From NCBI GenBank assembly GCA_047946875.1, contig CP181398.1:905041-969040 (forward strand): 64,000 nucleotides of DNA. Direction: 5' to 3'. The notes under the pieces are model-generated. The model made no database searches, was not told the origin of the DNA, and worked only from the letters and a program-made list of their open reading frames with translations. This stretch comes from Candidatus Kerfeldbacteria bacterium (GTDB lineage: Bacteria; Patescibacteriota; Patescibacteriia; UBA10025; JAHIVO01). Positions 36,516 to 48,977 of this stretch are shown here, one piece after another. The translations under genes were made by a program, and so were the position numbers. How positions within the stretch are numbered: the first letter of the stretch is position 1; every line of letters starts with the position of its first letter.

Positions 36516-38827
36516 TATTCAATTTTCTTACTTTCTTCTTCAATTTCATCCTCTTCATCTTCATCATCACTATCGTCAGCATCCTCATCATCTACCGGTA
36601 AACCGTTATGTTCTTCTTCATTATATTCTTCTTCACCAACAATTAAAATTTCTCTTGGCTTTGCACCTTCACCTGGTCCAATCACACCCTGGTCTTCTAG
36701 AATATCTAATAACCTTGCTGCCCTAGCATAACCAACTCTCAATCTACGTTGTAACAATGAGGCTGAAGCTTTACCAGCTTTTAAAACAACATCTTTTGCT
36801 TGTTCAACTAATTCATCATCTCCTAAATCTTCAAAATTTCCAGATAAAGTTTTATCAACTACTCTCTCAGTGATATTTTCAATATACTCTGGCTGTCCTT
36901 TACTCTTCCAATAACTCAGAACTCTTTCAATTTCTTGATCATTAACCAATGCGCCTTGCAATCTTTTTGGCTTTGATAATGAAGGTGAAATATATAACAT
37001 ATCACCTTTTCCTAACAATTTTTCTGCTCCGGACGTATCTAGGATAGTCCTAGAATCAACAAGAGAGGCTACAGAGAAGGCTATTCTGGTTGTAATGTTA
37101 GCCTTAATCAATCCTGTAATAATATCCACAGAAGGCCTCTGAGTGGCTAATATTAGGTGAATACCGACTGCTCTAGCCATTTGCGCAAGACGGATAATAG
37201 CCGCCTCTACTTCTTTAGATGCAGTAGACATTAAATCGGCCAACTCATCTATTGCCAAAACCAAAAATGGCATCATTTCATCACTATTATTATTGAAACC
37301 TTGAATATTTCTATGTCCAGTTTTAGATAAAAGTTCATAACGTCTGTCCATCTCAGCTACTACCCATCGTAATGCATTGATTGTCTTGTCAGTCTGATTA
37401 ATTACTGGCGTTATTAAATGTGGAATGTCATTATATGCTGTCATCTCTACTCTCTTCGGATCAATCAAGATTAACTTAAGTTGCTCAGGAGAATTTTGGT
37501 ATAATAAACTAATTAAAATATCATTTAAACAAACTGACTTACCTGATCCAGTGGCACCAGCCACTAATAAATGAGGCATAGAATCTAAGTCCGCCAACCA
37601 ACTATTACCTGCAACATCTTTACCTAAAGCGATTGTTAAATTAGACTTTCGTTTTTTGAATTCACGACTCATCAAAAGTTCTTTCAATTTTACGACAGCA
37701 ATAGATTTGTTCGGAACCTCAATCCCAACAAGAGATTTGCCAGGTATAGGTGCTTCAATTCTAATTGGGTGAGCTGCCAAAGCAAGAGATAAATCATTAT
37801 TTAATGTAACTATCTGAGATAGCTTTACTCCATCCAATGGTTTTAACGTAAATTGTGTAACCGTGGGACCAATTTGAATTTCTCCCATCTCTACATCAAT
37901 ACCAAAACTTTTAAGTGTGTTAAAAATGATATCTTTATTTGCTTCTATATCACCACTTGTTGGTTTATCAGAACTTGAATCCAATAAATCAATTGGGATA
38001 TCAACTTTATTAATACTATTTTTAGATTTTTTAAAAATATTCAATTGATCAGTTTCTTTTTCCGGTTTGCTAACAATTAAAGGAGCCTCTTCTGATGAAC
38101 TAGTAGATTTCTCACCTAATTCTTTTACGTTGAACTCAGCTTCTGAGACTTGCTCTTGATCATCTTCCTCATCAACATCTTCATCCTCAGCATCATTCTT
38201 AGTAGTCTCCATATTATTTTGTATCTTATAATAAAAAGATCTAAACTTCTCTGTTACTCCTCTAAATATATTTCCACTCTCAAGAACACGACGTAATGTG
38301 ATATCAAATGAGATGAGAATAGATATTACAAATAAAAATACTAATATTATTCCTGCTACCCAAATTCCAACAGCTTTAATAAAAATATAAGATAATAATA
38401 ATCCAGCTGCTCCACCACCATTACCTTCACTTATTGCACTTGTAGCTTGATCTATCGGCACACCGGCCAAATGTATAAAACCAGAATAACTTAAAATCAT
38501 CAAACCAAATCCTAAATAGTTTGTTAACTTCAACTTATATTTACGTGGGTTCAATATTACAAATGCTATCAGTCCTAACATAACTGGAAAAATATATTTA
38601 CCCCAACCAAATAAATAAGACAGAGATGTATTAATCATTTTTCCTAAAGACCCAGCCCAACCAAATAAACTAAATATCGATATTACTATTAACAAAAATA
38701 CTGTAATAACAAAAATGCTGTTTTTTGTTTCCGGTTTCAAATAATTATCCTCTCCAATTTCAAGATCGTCGTTGCCTATATCTTTTTTAGCTTCTTTTTT
38801 ATATTTGTCTAACTTCTTCTTCTTCAT
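36515..38827 (-). CDS. ftsK: DNA translocase FtsK/SpoIIIE
   Basis: N-terminal TM helices, the Walker A motif GATGSGKS and the motor domain. Length is 770 aa. Confidence 0.85.
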   Translation of the reverse strand: MKKKKLDKYKKEAKKDIGNDDLEIGEDNYLKPETKNSIFVITVFLLIVISIFSLFGWAGSLGKMINTSLSYLFGWGKYIFPVMLGLIAFVILNPRKYKLKLTNYLGFGLMILSYSGFIHLAGVPIDQATSAISEGNGGGAAGLLLSYIFIKAVGIWVAGIILVFLFVISILISFDITLRRVLESGNIFRGVTEKFRSFYYKIQNNMETTKNDAEDEDVDEEDDQEQVSEAEFNVKELGEKSTSSSEEAPLIVSKPEKETDQLNIFKKSKNSINKVDIPIDLLDSSSDKPTSGDIEANKDIIFNTLKSFGIDVEMGEIQIGPTVTQFTLKPLDGVKLSQIVTLNNDLSLALAAHPIRIEAPIPGKSLVGIEVPNKSIAVVKLKELLMSREFKKRKSNLTIALGKDVAGNSWLADLDSMPHLLVAGATGSGKSVCLNDILISLLYQNSPEQLKLILIDPKRVEMTAYNDIPHLITPVINQTDKTINALRWVVAEMDRRYELLSKTGHRNIQGFNNNSDEMMPFLVLAIDELADLMSTASKEVEAAIIRLAQMARAVGIHLILATQRPSVDIITGLIKANITTRIAFSVASLVDSRTILDTSGAEKLLGKGDMLYISPSLSKPKRLQGALVNDQEIERVLSYWKSKGQPEYIENITERVVDKTLSGNFEDLGDDELVEQAKDVVLKAGKASASLLQRRLRVGYARAARLLDILEDQGVIGPGEGAKPREILIVGEEEYNEEEHNGLPVDDEDADDSDDEDEEDEIEEESKKIE

Positions 38828-38958
38828 GACTAATTATTAGTTAATACTATTTAGAGTAAATTTAATTGAATTTTACCATTTAATAACTGATAAATCAACG
38901 TAAAAAGTACCCATATAATGAAGGGGAGGTCTTAATCTAGCAAATTAAAAACTAATGA

Positions 38959-41900
38959 TTATTTTTTATAACCTGTTCCTGCAGGAATCAGTTTACCAAT
39001 AATTACATTTTCTTTTAATCCTCTTAATCTATCGACTTTGCCAGTTACTGCTGCATCAATAAGGACTCTAGCTGTTTCTTGGAAAGAAGCAGCAGACAAG
39101 AAACTATCGATAGATAAAGATGCTTTAGTAATGCCCAATAGTAATTGTTCACCAACGGCCTCTTTTCCACCTTCTTTTCTAGTCTCATCATTTGTCTCTA
39201 AGAAATTGGTTTTTTCTACAATTTCACCTGATACCAAGTTTGTATCAGCTGGGTCTTTAATATATATTCTTGAGAAGATCTGTTTTACAATAATTTCAAT
39301 ATGTTTGTCATTTAATTTCTGACCTTGTGATGAATAAATATATTGAATCTCTTTAATCATATATCTCTGTACAGCTTCCTGACCTTTTAGGAAGAATAAT
39401 TGGTGTAAATCAATACTACCATCTGTTAACCGATCACCCTTTACTACTAAATCACCATTCTTCATTCTTAACATTTGACCGGATGGTACTATATATTCTT
39501 TTTCTTTATCAGCATCAACTATTATAAGAACAGCTTTCTCCTCAATTTTAATAACTCCATTATTTTTTGCAATCGTTTCTTTATTTCCTAAATTGAATAA
39601 AATATCACCTTCTTTGACTTTATCCCCGTCCTTAACCTTAACTTCTACTTTTTTGCTACGATATACATATTTTTCTTCTTCAACAGCTTTGTGTTTAATA
39701 ACAATTTTCTTTGCTCCTTTTGCTTCGTCAGTTATAACAATCTGACCAGTAACATCGGCCATAATAGCAGGATTTTTAATTGGACGAGCTTCAAAAATTT
39801 CTTCAACTCTAGGTAAACCTTGAGTAATATCAGATCCAGCCACACCACCAGTATGAAAAGTTCTCATAGTTAATTGAGTTCCTGGCTCACCTATACTTTG
39901 AGCAGCTATTATACCTACTGCTGTACCCATCTCAACAAGTTTGTTATAACCCAAATCATTACCATAACATAGTTTACAAACGCCCCATTTTGCACGACAT
40001 AAAATTACAGAGCGCACCTTAACCTCATCAAGTTTTAGCTTTTCTATCTTTGGTAATAATTCTTCAGTAATAATTTCATTTTTTTCAATAACAACTTTCT
40101 TAGTTTTTGGATTTATTATATCTTCAAATAATGCTCTACCTAGTAACCGTTTTTCAAAATCATCTCCCATTTCTTCACTCTCTGCTCTAGTGATTGCAAA
40201 ACCTTCTTTTGTTTTACAACTATGTTCTGTAATAATAATATCTTGACTAACATCCACTAAACGTCTAGTCAAATAACCAGCATTTGCTGTACGTAAAGCT
40301 GTATCAGAAAGACCTTTTCTAGCACCATGAGTAGAAATAAAATATTCTAAAACGTCAAAACCTTCTTTGAAACTTCCTTTAACAGGCAATTCAATAGTAT
40401 CGCCAGACGGATTTGTCACTAATCCCTTCATACCCATCATCTGAGTTGTTTGCCCCCATGAACCACGAGCACCAGACTCAATCATTGCATAAACCGGACC
40501 ATTTGGATCAAGCGCTTCTCTACTAATTTTCTGCATTTCATCTTTGATTGATGACCAAATTTCAATAACTTTTACATGACGCTCATCATCTGTTAATAAA
40601 CCTTGCTCATAATGAGATTGAATTTCTTCTACTTGATTTTCTGCTTCTTCCATTATTTTCTTTTTCTTCGTAGGGATTATAAGATCACTCATACCCCAAC
40701 TAATTCCAGAGTTTGTAAGATAATTAAAAGCAAGTTCTTTAATATTATCTAACAATAAAACTGTTTCCTCATTGCCATGTTTATTCAAACAATCAGCAAT
40801 TAATTGAACTAAAGCTTTTCTATCCATTACCTCATTAATATAACCCCAGTCCTTTGGTAAAATATCATTAAAGATAATTCTTCCCGCAGATGTTGTAATA
40901 ACTTCCTTATCTAATTTTACTTTAATTTGCTCTTGAATATGAATATGCTTAAGTTCATATGCCATCAATGCTTCTTCTCTAGAACTTAAAATTTTCAAAT
41001 TCACCCCTTCTTTTTTTTCTTTTAATTTAGATAGGTAATAACAGCCCAAAACTAAATCTTGTTGAGGTGCAACAACCGGAGAACCTGTTGAAGGTTTTAA
41101 TATATTTTTTACAGAAGCAATTATTTCAGCTGCTTCTTTTTTTGCATTTTCAGTCAATGGTACGTGTACGGCCATTTGATCACCATCAAAATCAGCATTA
41201 AAAGCAGGACATACCGATGGATGTATTTGAATAGCTAAACCTTCGATCAAAACGGGTTTGAAAGCTTGAATACCCAATCTATGTAAAGTTGGGGCACGAT
41301 TTAATAATACATGAGAATCTTTTGTAACTTCTTCCAAAATATCCCAAACTTCTGGACGACCAGACTCTATAAATCTACCAGCACTTCTTACATTATGTAC
41401 AAATTCTCTTTTTATTAATTGACTAATTATGAACGGTTTGAATAATTCTAAAGCCATTTTCTTAGGTAGACCACATTCTGACATTTTTAAATGTGGGCCA
41501 ACTACAATTACAGATCGTCCAGAATAATCAACACGTTTACCTAATAAGTTTTGTCTAAATCTACCTTGTTTACCTTTCAAAATATCAGCAATAGATTTTA
41601 ACATTCTTTTCTGACCAGTTGAAGCAGTTACAGTTTTACCATGTCGTGCATTATTATCTATCAAAGCATCGACAGCTTCTTGTAACATTCGTTTTTCATT
41701 TCGTCTAATAACCTCAGGAGCATTTAAATTCACAAGTCTTTTTAGACGATTATTTCTATTGATAACTCTTCTATATAGATCATTCAAGTCTGATGCAGCA
41801 AATCTTCCACCATCTAATTGTACCATTGGGCGAAGGTCTGGTGGAATTACTGGAATATGTGTCATTACCAACCACTCAGGTCGAAATTTATTCTTTTTGA

Positions 41901-42816
41901 AACTTCTATATAATCTAAGTCTTCGAATCAAACGTTTCTTCTTACTCTCTGGAGCATCAACGACTACCACTTCTAGCTCTTTGATGATTTTATCAAGATC
42001 AACCTCTAATAATAAATTTCTAATTGCTTCGGCGCCAATACTTGCTTCGAAAACATGACCATATTTCAATGATAAATCTCGATACATCTGCTCCGAAATT
42101 ATTTGCATTGGTTTCAATTGCTTCAGTTCTTTTTTTGCCAAATCTACTGCTTCAGCCAAATCAAGCATTTTTTCTTCTTTAATCTCTGCATTTGCCTTAA
42201 TCTCTTCATCAAATTCTTTATTAATTTTTTTCTTTTCGGAATCTTTTTGATCTTCATTAATCTTTTCTAATTTTCTTTGTTCTATACTAGTAGCTATCCT
42301 ACTAAATTCAGCTTCAATTGATTTTTTCTTTGCTTGGAATTCTATCTCAATTTGTCCTAGTGATTCATCTCTCAAATCACTATCAACATTTGTAATAATA
42401 AAATTCGCAAAATATATAACTTTTTCTAATTCTTGAACAGACAAATCTAACATTAAACCAATTTTTGATGGAACACCTCGTAAAAACCAAATATGAGATA
42501 CGGGGGTTGATAATTCTATATGTCCCATTCTCTCTCTTCTAACAATACTTCTAGTTACCTCAACTCCACATTTATCACAAATAATTCCTTTGTATCTTAT
42601 TTTTTTATACTTACCACAATAACATTCCCAATCTTTTGAGGGTCCAAAAATCTTTTCACAAAACAAACCATCTTTTTCAGGTTTCTGAGTACGATAATTA
42701 ATAGTTTCCGGTTTTAAAACTTCGCCAAAAGACCAATTCAAAATATCTTCTGGTGAAGCTACTTTCAATTTAATAGCATTGAAATTTAAATTTTGGGTTA
42801 CTATTTCGTCTCTCAT
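38959..42816 (-). CDS. rpoC: DNA-directed RNA polymerase subunit beta'
   Basis: 1285 aa. The catalytic NADFDGD motif is present, and the gene sits immediately downstream of rpoB. Confidence 0.95.
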   Translation of the reverse strand: MRDEIVTQNLNFNAIKLKVASPEDILNWSFGEVLKPETINYRTQKPEKDGLFCEKIFGPSKDWECYCGKYKKIRYKGIICDKCGVEVTRSIVRRERMGHIELSTPVSHIWFLRGVPSKIGLMLDLSVQELEKVIYFANFIITNVDSDLRDESLGQIEIEFQAKKKSIEAEFSRIATSIEQRKLEKINEDQKDSEKKKINKEFDEEIKANAEIKEEKMLDLAEAVDLAKKELKQLKPMQIISEQMYRDLSLKYGHVFEASIGAEAIRNLLLEVDLDKIIKELEVVVVDAPESKKKRLIRRLRLYRSFKKNKFRPEWLVMTHIPVIPPDLRPMVQLDGGRFAASDLNDLYRRVINRNNRLKRLVNLNAPEVIRRNEKRMLQEAVDALIDNNARHGKTVTASTGQKRMLKSIADILKGKQGRFRQNLLGKRVDYSGRSVIVVGPHLKMSECGLPKKMALELFKPFIISQLIKREFVHNVRSAGRFIESGRPEVWDILEEVTKDSHVLLNRAPTLHRLGIQAFKPVLIEGLAIQIHPSVCPAFNADFDGDQMAVHVPLTENAKKEAAEIIASVKNILKPSTGSPVVAPQQDLVLGCYYLSKLKEKKEGVNLKILSSREEALMAYELKHIHIQEQIKVKLDKEVITTSAGRIIFNDILPKDWGYINEVMDRKALVQLIADCLNKHGNEETVLLLDNIKELAFNYLTNSGISWGMSDLIIPTKKKKIMEEAENQVEEIQSHYEQGLLTDDERHVKVIEIWSSIKDEMQKISREALDPNGPVYAMIESGARGSWGQTTQMMGMKGLVTNPSGDTIELPVKGSFKEGFDVLEYFISTHGARKGLSDTALRTANAGYLTRRLVDVSQDIIITEHSCKTKEGFAITRAESEEMGDDFEKRLLGRALFEDIINPKTKKVVIEKNEIITEELLPKIEKLKLDEVKVRSVILCRAKWGVCKLCYGNDLGYNKLVEMGTAVGIIAAQSIGEPGTQLTMRTFHTGGVAGSDITQGLPRVEEIFEARPIKNPAIMADVTGQIVITDEAKGAKKIVIKHKAVEEEKYVYRSKKVEVKVKDGDKVKEGDILFNLGNKETIAKNNGVIKIEEKAVLIIVDADKEKEYIVPSGQMLRMKNGDLVVKGDRLTDGSIDLHQLFFLKGQEAVQRYMIKEIQYIYSSQGQKLNDKHIEIIVKQIFSRIYIKDPADTNLVSGEIVEKTNFLETNDETRKEGGKEAVGEQLLLGITKASLSIDSFLSAASFQETARVLIDAAVTGKVDRLRGLKENVIIGKLIPAGTGYKK

Positions 42817-42818
42817 AA

Positions 42819-45800
42819 TTATTTATCTTTCTCTGCGGCAGATTCTTTTGTTTTGCCGGATTTATCTTCTTCAATATTTTTTTCAGCTGGTTTAGTTGAT
42901 GCCTTTTTCTCTTCTGTAGATATTTCATCTTTCTTAACTTCATTTGGACTTATTTGATCACCGCCACCTAAAAGTTCAACATCTAAAGCCAAACCTTTCA
43001 ATTCTCTTACCAATACATTGAATGATTCTGGAATATTTAATTTACTTATTTTCTCACCTTTAATAATTGCTTCATAAGCTTTTGCTCTACCTGGAACATC
43101 ATCAGATTTAATTGTCAACATTTCTTGTAATGTATACGCAGCGCCATAACCTTCAAGTGCCCATACTTCCATTTCACCAAAACGCTGACCACCAAACTGA
43201 GCTTTACCACCAAGAGGTTGTTGAGTAACCAATGAGTAAGGACCAATGGATCGCATATGAATCTTATCCTCAACTAAGTGATTTAGTTTCAACATATATA
43301 CATAGCCAACTGTAGTTAGTTGATCAAAAGTATCTCCTGTTCGTCCATCATGTAGTTTTAATTTACCATCTCTAGGATAACCAGCTTTTTCTAATTCATC
43401 TTTAATAGATTCTTCAGGTGTACCATTTAATGGAGTAGTAGCAACTTTATAACCAAGTGATTTTGCGGCCAATCCGAGATGAGTTTCTAATATCTGTCCA
43501 ATATTCATACGAGAGGCTACACCTAACGGATTCAATATAATATCTATTGGTGTACCATCTGCTAAATATGGCATATCTTCTACTGGTACTATTCTTGAAA
43601 TAACACCTTTATTACCATGTCGTCCAGCCATTTTATCTCCAACTTGAATTTTTCTTAATTGTGCTACAGATATTTGAATAGATTTACTTACTCCAGAAGC
43701 TAACTTATCACCTTTTTCTCTAGAGAAAATTTTAATATTTACAACTTTACCATGCTCTCCATGTTCTAAATATAAAGAGCTATCTTTTACATCTTTAGCC
43801 TTTTCACCAAAAATTGCTCTAAGTAATTTTTCTTCTGCTGATAATTCTGTTTCACCTTTTGGAGTAATTTTACCTACCAAAATATCACCTGAATAAACTT
43901 CTGCACCAATTCTAATAACTCCCTCTTCATCTAAATCTTTTAATTTTTCTTCACCAATATTTGGAATATCTCGAGTAACAACTTCAGGACCCAGCTTTGT
44001 ATCACGCACATCAACTGTATAATTTTCTATATGAATAGAAGTATAACGGTCATCTTCTACTAACCTTTCTGAAAGTAAAATAGCATCCTCATAATTACCA
44101 CCTTCCCAACCCATAAATGCTACTAAAATATTTTGACCCAAGGCTAGTTCACCACCTTCTGTAGCTGGTCCATCTGCCAACACATCTCCTTTTTTTAGTG
44201 ATTGCCCAGCTACTACAACTGCATGTTGATTTATACAGGTAGAAGCGTTAGATCTAATAAATTTCTTTAATAAAAATTTTTCAATTTGTCCATTTTTATC
44301 AATAGTTTCAATTTCTTTACCATCAACGCTAGTGACTTTACAATCTTCTTTTACAACAATCACCTGTCCAGAATCACAAGCTGCCTTTTTTTCAATACCA
44401 GTACCAATTAAAGGTGCATCGGGACTAATGCATGGAACTGCCTGTCTTTGCATATTCGTACCCATCAAAGCTCGAACAGCATCATCGTGCTCTAAAAATG
44501 GAATCAAAGCAGTAGTAATACTAATAATTTGAAATGGAGCTACATCCATGAAATCAACCCTCTTGATCAACTCCTGGGTTGGCTCACCATGAAGACGAAC
44601 CTCTGCTTTGTCATTAACAAAATAACCATTCTCATCAATCGGTGTAGTAGCAGCCGTAGTAACATATTGCTCTTCAATAAAAGCATCAAGATAAACTATT
44701 TCACTAGTTACTCTAGATTTTATTGGAATGATATTTAATTTAGTTTCTGCTAATTTCTTAGCGATATCGTTAGTAATTTCTGTATTGGCTTTCAATAGTA
44801 CCTGACCATTATCATCTTTGATATCTTCTCTTAAAATCTCACCTTCAGTTACATTGGCTTTATTTCCAATATCATGAATAACTTTTCTATATGGAGTTTC
44901 AATAAAACCAAATTCGTTGATTCTAGAAAAAGATGCAAGATGTCCAACTAAACCAATATTTGGACCCTCAGGAGTAGCAATAGGACAAATACGACCATAG
45001 TGAGTCCTATGTACATCACGAACATCAAAACCGGCACGCTCTCTTGATAAACCACCTGGACCCATAGCTGACAATCTTCTTTTATGTTCCAACTCAGCTA
45101 ATGGATTTGTCTGATCCATAAATTGAGATAGTTGAGAAGACATAAAAAATTCTTTGATAGAACCAATAATAGGTCGAGCATTAACTAACTGATTCGGGGT
45201 TAGGGTATTTACGTCTAAAGTACTCATTCTATCTTTAATAATACGTTCCATTCTAGCTAAACCAACTCTGAATTTATTTTGAACTAGCTCACCAATTGCT
45301 CTAACGCGACGATTACCCAAATGATCAATATCGTCAGGTTCTTTTTGAGTATTATTTAATTTAATAATTTCTTTGATAATTTCAACAAGATCCTCTTTTT
45401 GTAATACGCGATGTTCTTTGTCATTAGGGAAATCAAAGGCAAATCTCTGATTTAATTTATATCTACCAACTCTACCAAAGTCATAACGATCAAAACTAAA
45501 AAACATTTTATAAATTAAATCCCTAGCATTATCGATAGTAGCTAAATCACCCGGTCTGATACGTTTATATACTTCACGCAATCCTTCACCTTCGTTTCTT
45601 GCCAAATCTTTTGCCAAAGTAGAATCTAAAAATTGTGCTTCTGGATTATTATCAACCTCAGCAAAAATAGCTTTTATCTCTTCTTCATTACCAAAACCAA
45701 AAGCCCGTAATAATGAAGTTATTGCTACTTTTCTTTTTCTATCAATTTTTACGGTGATTACATTATTAGCATCAGTTTCTAATTCTAACCAAGCTCCTCT

Positions 45801-46280
45801 ATTAGGAATAATCTTGGCACCATAATACCTATTACCTTTCAATATTTCAGATGTAAAAAAAACACCAGCTGACCTTATTAGCTGGCTAACTACGACACGT
45901 TCAATACCATTAATAATAAAAGTCCCTCGATCTGTCATCAAAGGAAAATCACCTAAATATATTTCTTGTTCTTTAATCTCACCAGTCTTCTTATTGACTA
46001 ACTTTGTATCTACTCTTAAAGCTGCTTCAAAAGTTACATTCTTTTCTCTAGCTGACCATTCGTCAAATCTTGGTTCATCTAAATAGTAATTTAAAAAATA
46101 TAATTCCAAATCACGACCAATAAAATCTTTAATTGGTGATACTTCATCAAATAATTCTTTAAGACCTTCTTTTAATAACCACTGATATGATGATTTTTGT
46201 ACTTCAATCAAATCAGGTAGCTCAATAGCTGCCTTAATATCGGTAAATCTTTTTCTTTCAGTCATTGACGCGGATGACAT
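42819..46280 (-). CDS. rpoB: DNA-directed RNA polymerase subunit beta
   Basis: 1153 aa with conserved beta-subunit regions. Confidence 0.95.
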   Translation of the reverse strand: MSSASMTERKRFTDIKAAIELPDLIEVQKSSYQWLLKEGLKELFDEVSPIKDFIGRDLELYFLNYYLDEPRFDEWSAREKNVTFEAALRVDTKLVNKKTGEIKEQEIYLGDFPLMTDRGTFIINGIERVVVSQLIRSAGVFFTSEILKGNRYYGAKIIPNRGAWLELETDANNVITVKIDRKRKVAITSLLRAFGFGNEEEIKAIFAEVDNNPEAQFLDSTLAKDLARNEGEGLREVYKRIRPGDLATIDNARDLIYKMFFSFDRYDFGRVGRYKLNQRFAFDFPNDKEHRVLQKEDLVEIIKEIIKLNNTQKEPDDIDHLGNRRVRAIGELVQNKFRVGLARMERIIKDRMSTLDVNTLTPNQLVNARPIIGSIKEFFMSSQLSQFMDQTNPLAELEHKRRLSAMGPGGLSRERAGFDVRDVHRTHYGRICPIATPEGPNIGLVGHLASFSRINEFGFIETPYRKVIHDIGNKANVTEGEILREDIKDDNGQVLLKANTEITNDIAKKLAETKLNIIPIKSRVTSEIVYLDAFIEEQYVTTAATTPIDENGYFVNDKAEVRLHGEPTQELIKRVDFMDVAPFQIISITTALIPFLEHDDAVRALMGTNMQRQAVPCISPDAPLIGTGIEKKAACDSGQVIVVKEDCKVTSVDGKEIETIDKNGQIEKFLLKKFIRSNASTCINQHAVVVAGQSLKKGDVLADGPATEGGELALGQNILVAFMGWEGGNYEDAILLSERLVEDDRYTSIHIENYTVDVRDTKLGPEVVTRDIPNIGEEKLKDLDEEGVIRIGAEVYSGDILVGKITPKGETELSAEEKLLRAIFGEKAKDVKDSSLYLEHGEHGKVVNIKIFSREKGDKLASGVSKSIQISVAQLRKIQVGDKMAGRHGNKGVISRIVPVEDMPYLADGTPIDIILNPLGVASRMNIGQILETHLGLAAKSLGYKVATTPLNGTPEESIKDELEKAGYPRDGKLKLHDGRTGDTFDQLTTVGYVYMLKLNHLVEDKIHMRSIGPYSLVTQQPLGGKAQFGGQRFGEMEVWALEGYGAAYTLQEMLTIKSDDVPGRAKAYEAIIKGEKISKLNIPESFNVLVRELKGLALDVELLGGGDQISPNEVKKDEISTEEKKASTKPAEKNIEEDKSGKTKESAAEKDK

Positions 46281-46532
46281 AAATGATATTGAAATTAAGT
46301 TAAAATAAGCTCCCTCCTAGCTATATAGCTAGAAAAGAGTCGTTTCTTTTAATAGATATTTAATATATTGTATTGTATTCAAACGTCATTATAATGTTTG
46401 GACGCTTCCTAATAAGGAAATTAATAGTAATCAGCAGTGTAACAATATATTCATACGTTGTCAAGTAATGTAACTAAAAGATACTAATAAGCAAATTATG
46501 TGCTAATATTAGCTATTTATTTAATTATTGAT

Positions 46533-46579
46533 TGTGGATAGTATATATTTATAAAAAACATAACCACAACTTATCCACA
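46533..46579. promoter_or_regulatory. Pair of inverted DnaA-box-like 9-mers (TTGTGGATA ... TTATCCACA) upstream of rpoB
   Basis: TTATCCACA at 46571-46579 is a perfect DnaA-box consensus. Its reverse-complement partner, about 30 nt away, matches 8 of 9. Confidence 0.3.
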
Positions 46580-46586
46580 ATTATAC

Positions 46587-47888
46587 CTAGATATTATCCC
46601 TAACAACCTTTCTGTCATCCCATGGAATCATTTTACCCTCCGCCACCGCCATTATTGTCTCTGAGCCCTTGCCGGTAATAATAATTATATCATTTTCTTT
46701 AGCTATAGAAATTGCCTTTTTTATTGCTTCAACCCTATTTACGATCTTTTCTATAGGTGGGCCATTTTCTACCTGTTTAGCGCCTTCAATAACGTCATCA
46801 ATTATAATTTCTGGATCTTCATCATACGGATCTTCATTTGTAACAATCACATAATCAGTATACTCTGCGGCTAATTTACCTAATTGTGGTCTTTTGATCT
46901 TATCACGACCACCGCCCTGTGACCCTAATATACTTATAATCTTATTTGGGTTAAAACTTTTCAATGTTTTATATACTGACTCCAGAGATGATGGTTCATG
47001 TGCATAATCAATAAAAACTTTGAATCCTCTAGTATTTTTTATTTCTTCCATACGCCCAGGTATTAAATCAACTGATTCTAACGCATTTTTTATCTTATTC
47101 ATTTCTATTCCATAAAATTTAGCCACCGCTATTGCTGCTAATGAATTATAAACATTGAACTCCCCCAATAATTTTAATTTAATCATTTCATTTAATATTC
47201 TAAATGTAACTCCATTTACATCTGAATTTAAAATACTAGCTTCATATGAATCATTACTCATTAAATGATTATTTGCATCTAATCCATATGTTATTTTCAT
47301 ATCAGCTGGAGGTACTAAGAAAAACTCTGCAGACTTATCATCATGATTAATTACACTTATTTTTTTTACATTATTCCCATCAATATTTTTTTTATAACTA
47401 TTAAAAAGGTTTTGAAATAATTTTAATTTAGCTTCTCGGTATTTTTCAAAACTTCCATGCGACTCTATATGTTCTGGGGTAAGATTGGTAAATACTGCTG
47501 CATCATAATCAATACCTAAATGGCGGTATTGTGATATTCCTTCAGATGAAGTTTCTACAATAGCATACTTACATCCGGCCTTCACCATATCAGACAATAA
47601 CTTCTGAAGACGAAAGCGACCAGGCATTGTTTGTTTAGTTTCATTCGCCCACTCCTTATCTGCGATCTTAAAATTAACTGTAGAAATAATCCCCGTTTTA
47701 TATCCCGCAGTTTCAAAAATTTTTGATATTAGATTTACAACTGTGGATTTACCTTTGGTCCCCGTTACTCCAATTACGATCATTTTTCTAGATGGATGAC
47801 CATAAACAAATGCCCCTACTCGAGCAAAGCTCCAATGGTATATTTGTAAAACAAATTTGGGAATTATTTTTTTAAAAAATTTTTTCAT
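46587..47888 (-). CDS. Mur ligase family protein (MurE/MurF-like central and C-terminal domains, short N-terminus)
   Basis: P-loop GVTGTKGKSTV and the TNLTPEHIESHGSFEKYREAK motif typical of Mur ligases. I cannot assign the exact substrate. Confidence 0.6.
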   Translation of the reverse strand: MKKFFKKIIPKFVLQIYHWSFARVGAFVYGHPSRKMIVIGVTGTKGKSTVVNLISKIFETAGYKTGIISTVNFKIADKEWANETKQTMPGRFRLQKLLSDMVKAGCKYAIVETSSEGISQYRHLGIDYDAAVFTNLTPEHIESHGSFEKYREAKLKLFQNLFNSYKKNIDGNNVKKISVINHDDKSAEFFLVPPADMKITYGLDANNHLMSNDSYEASILNSDVNGVTFRILNEMIKLKLLGEFNVYNSLAAIAVAKFYGIEMNKIKNALESVDLIPGRMEEIKNTRGFKVFIDYAHEPSSLESVYKTLKSFNPNKIISILGSQGGGRDKIKRPQLGKLAAEYTDYVIVTNEDPYDEDPEIIIDDVIEGAKQVENGPPIEKIVNRVEAIKKAISIAKENDIIIITGKGSETIMAVAEGKMIPWDDRKVVRDNI

Positions 47889-47894
47889 ATCATT

Positions 47895-48977
47895 CTATCT
47901 TGCGTTGCTTACAGTATCTGAGTCTTCTAAATTTTTATTTGCCTCATATGTCGGCACTACATTTATTATCAAATTTATTGAAGAATTAAGCTCATCTATC
48001 AAAATATCTGACAATCTATCAACGTGCCTGGATGTTATTTCATATGGAGAATTTATAGTAGTTTGAATACTAATAATATCACCATGATGATCAATAACTA
48101 AGGAAGTTACTTTAGTACTTACGGTATACTCTTCAATAACTTTTTTTATCGTTGCAGTTTCTTTATTTTCTTTTATAACCCCTTTCATAACAAGAGTTAA
48201 AGGTATTGCAATAATAATTAAGAAAATTACAAACCAACTAATATTACTTACTGCTCTATTTTTAGTTTTTTCCCATTGTGGAAATTCTACTCCCACTAAT
48301 AAAAATAAAATTACTGCCGCTAAAGTAATTGCTATAAGATTAGTAAAATATAATAATGCTGCACCAGTAGCTAAAGTATAACTACCTTCTGCAAATAAAA
48401 TACCCATCACAGACAATGGTGGTACCAAGGCTACTGCTGCTACTACCCCAGCTAATGCACCAGATAATTTTGGATGAGCTACAGCGAAAGTACCGATAAA
48501 ACCAGCAGCTAAAGCAATAAACAACTCAAATAATGTTGGTTCAGTACGTAAAAGAACCTCCCTGCTTTCACCTAAAAATGGAGAAAAAATACTTATTACA
48601 AATGATACAATAAATATAATTAATGTAACTTTAAGTATGGTAAATAACTGTTTCTTTAATTGAGAAACACTCCCCTTAATAATAGCTATAGCTAAAGCAA
48701 GAATCGGCCACAACAATGGAGAAATAATCATACCTCCAATTACTACTGCTGGGTTATCTATAATCAATCCCAAAGCAACAATAATAGTTGAGAATACTGT
48801 CATCAAGACAAACCCCAAATCCGGCTTAGCTCTTTCCTTAATATCTTGAATTACCTTTTTCTTTCTATCTTCATCAATTTGTAAAAAACGCGCTGCTTTT
48901 TTTACAGGTTTTTTTAAAGTTTTTTCTAACTTATCTTCTATCTTTTCAATTTTATTTTCTTTTGTTTGTTTCGGCAT
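47895..48977 (-). CDS. DUF389-family membrane protein
   Basis: Polytopic with the Gly-rich helices characteristic of DUF389 (VVIGGMIISPLLWPI ...). Confidence 0.55.
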   Translation of the reverse strand: MPKQTKENKIEKIEDKLEKTLKKPVKKAARFLQIDEDRKKKVIQDIKERAKPDLGFVLMTVFSTIIVALGLIIDNPAVVIGGMIISPLLWPILALAIAIIKGSVSQLKKQLFTILKVTLIIFIVSFVISIFSPFLGESREVLLRTEPTLFELFIALAAGFIGTFAVAHPKLSGALAGVVAAVALVPPLSVMGILFAEGSYTLATGAALLYFTNLIAITLAAVILFLLVGVEFPQWEKTKNRAVSNISWFVIFLIIIAIPLTLVMKGVIKENKETATIKKVIEEYTVSTKVTSLVIDHHGDIISIQTTINSPYEITSRHVDRLSDILIDELNSSINLIINVVPTYEANKNLEDSDTVSNAR

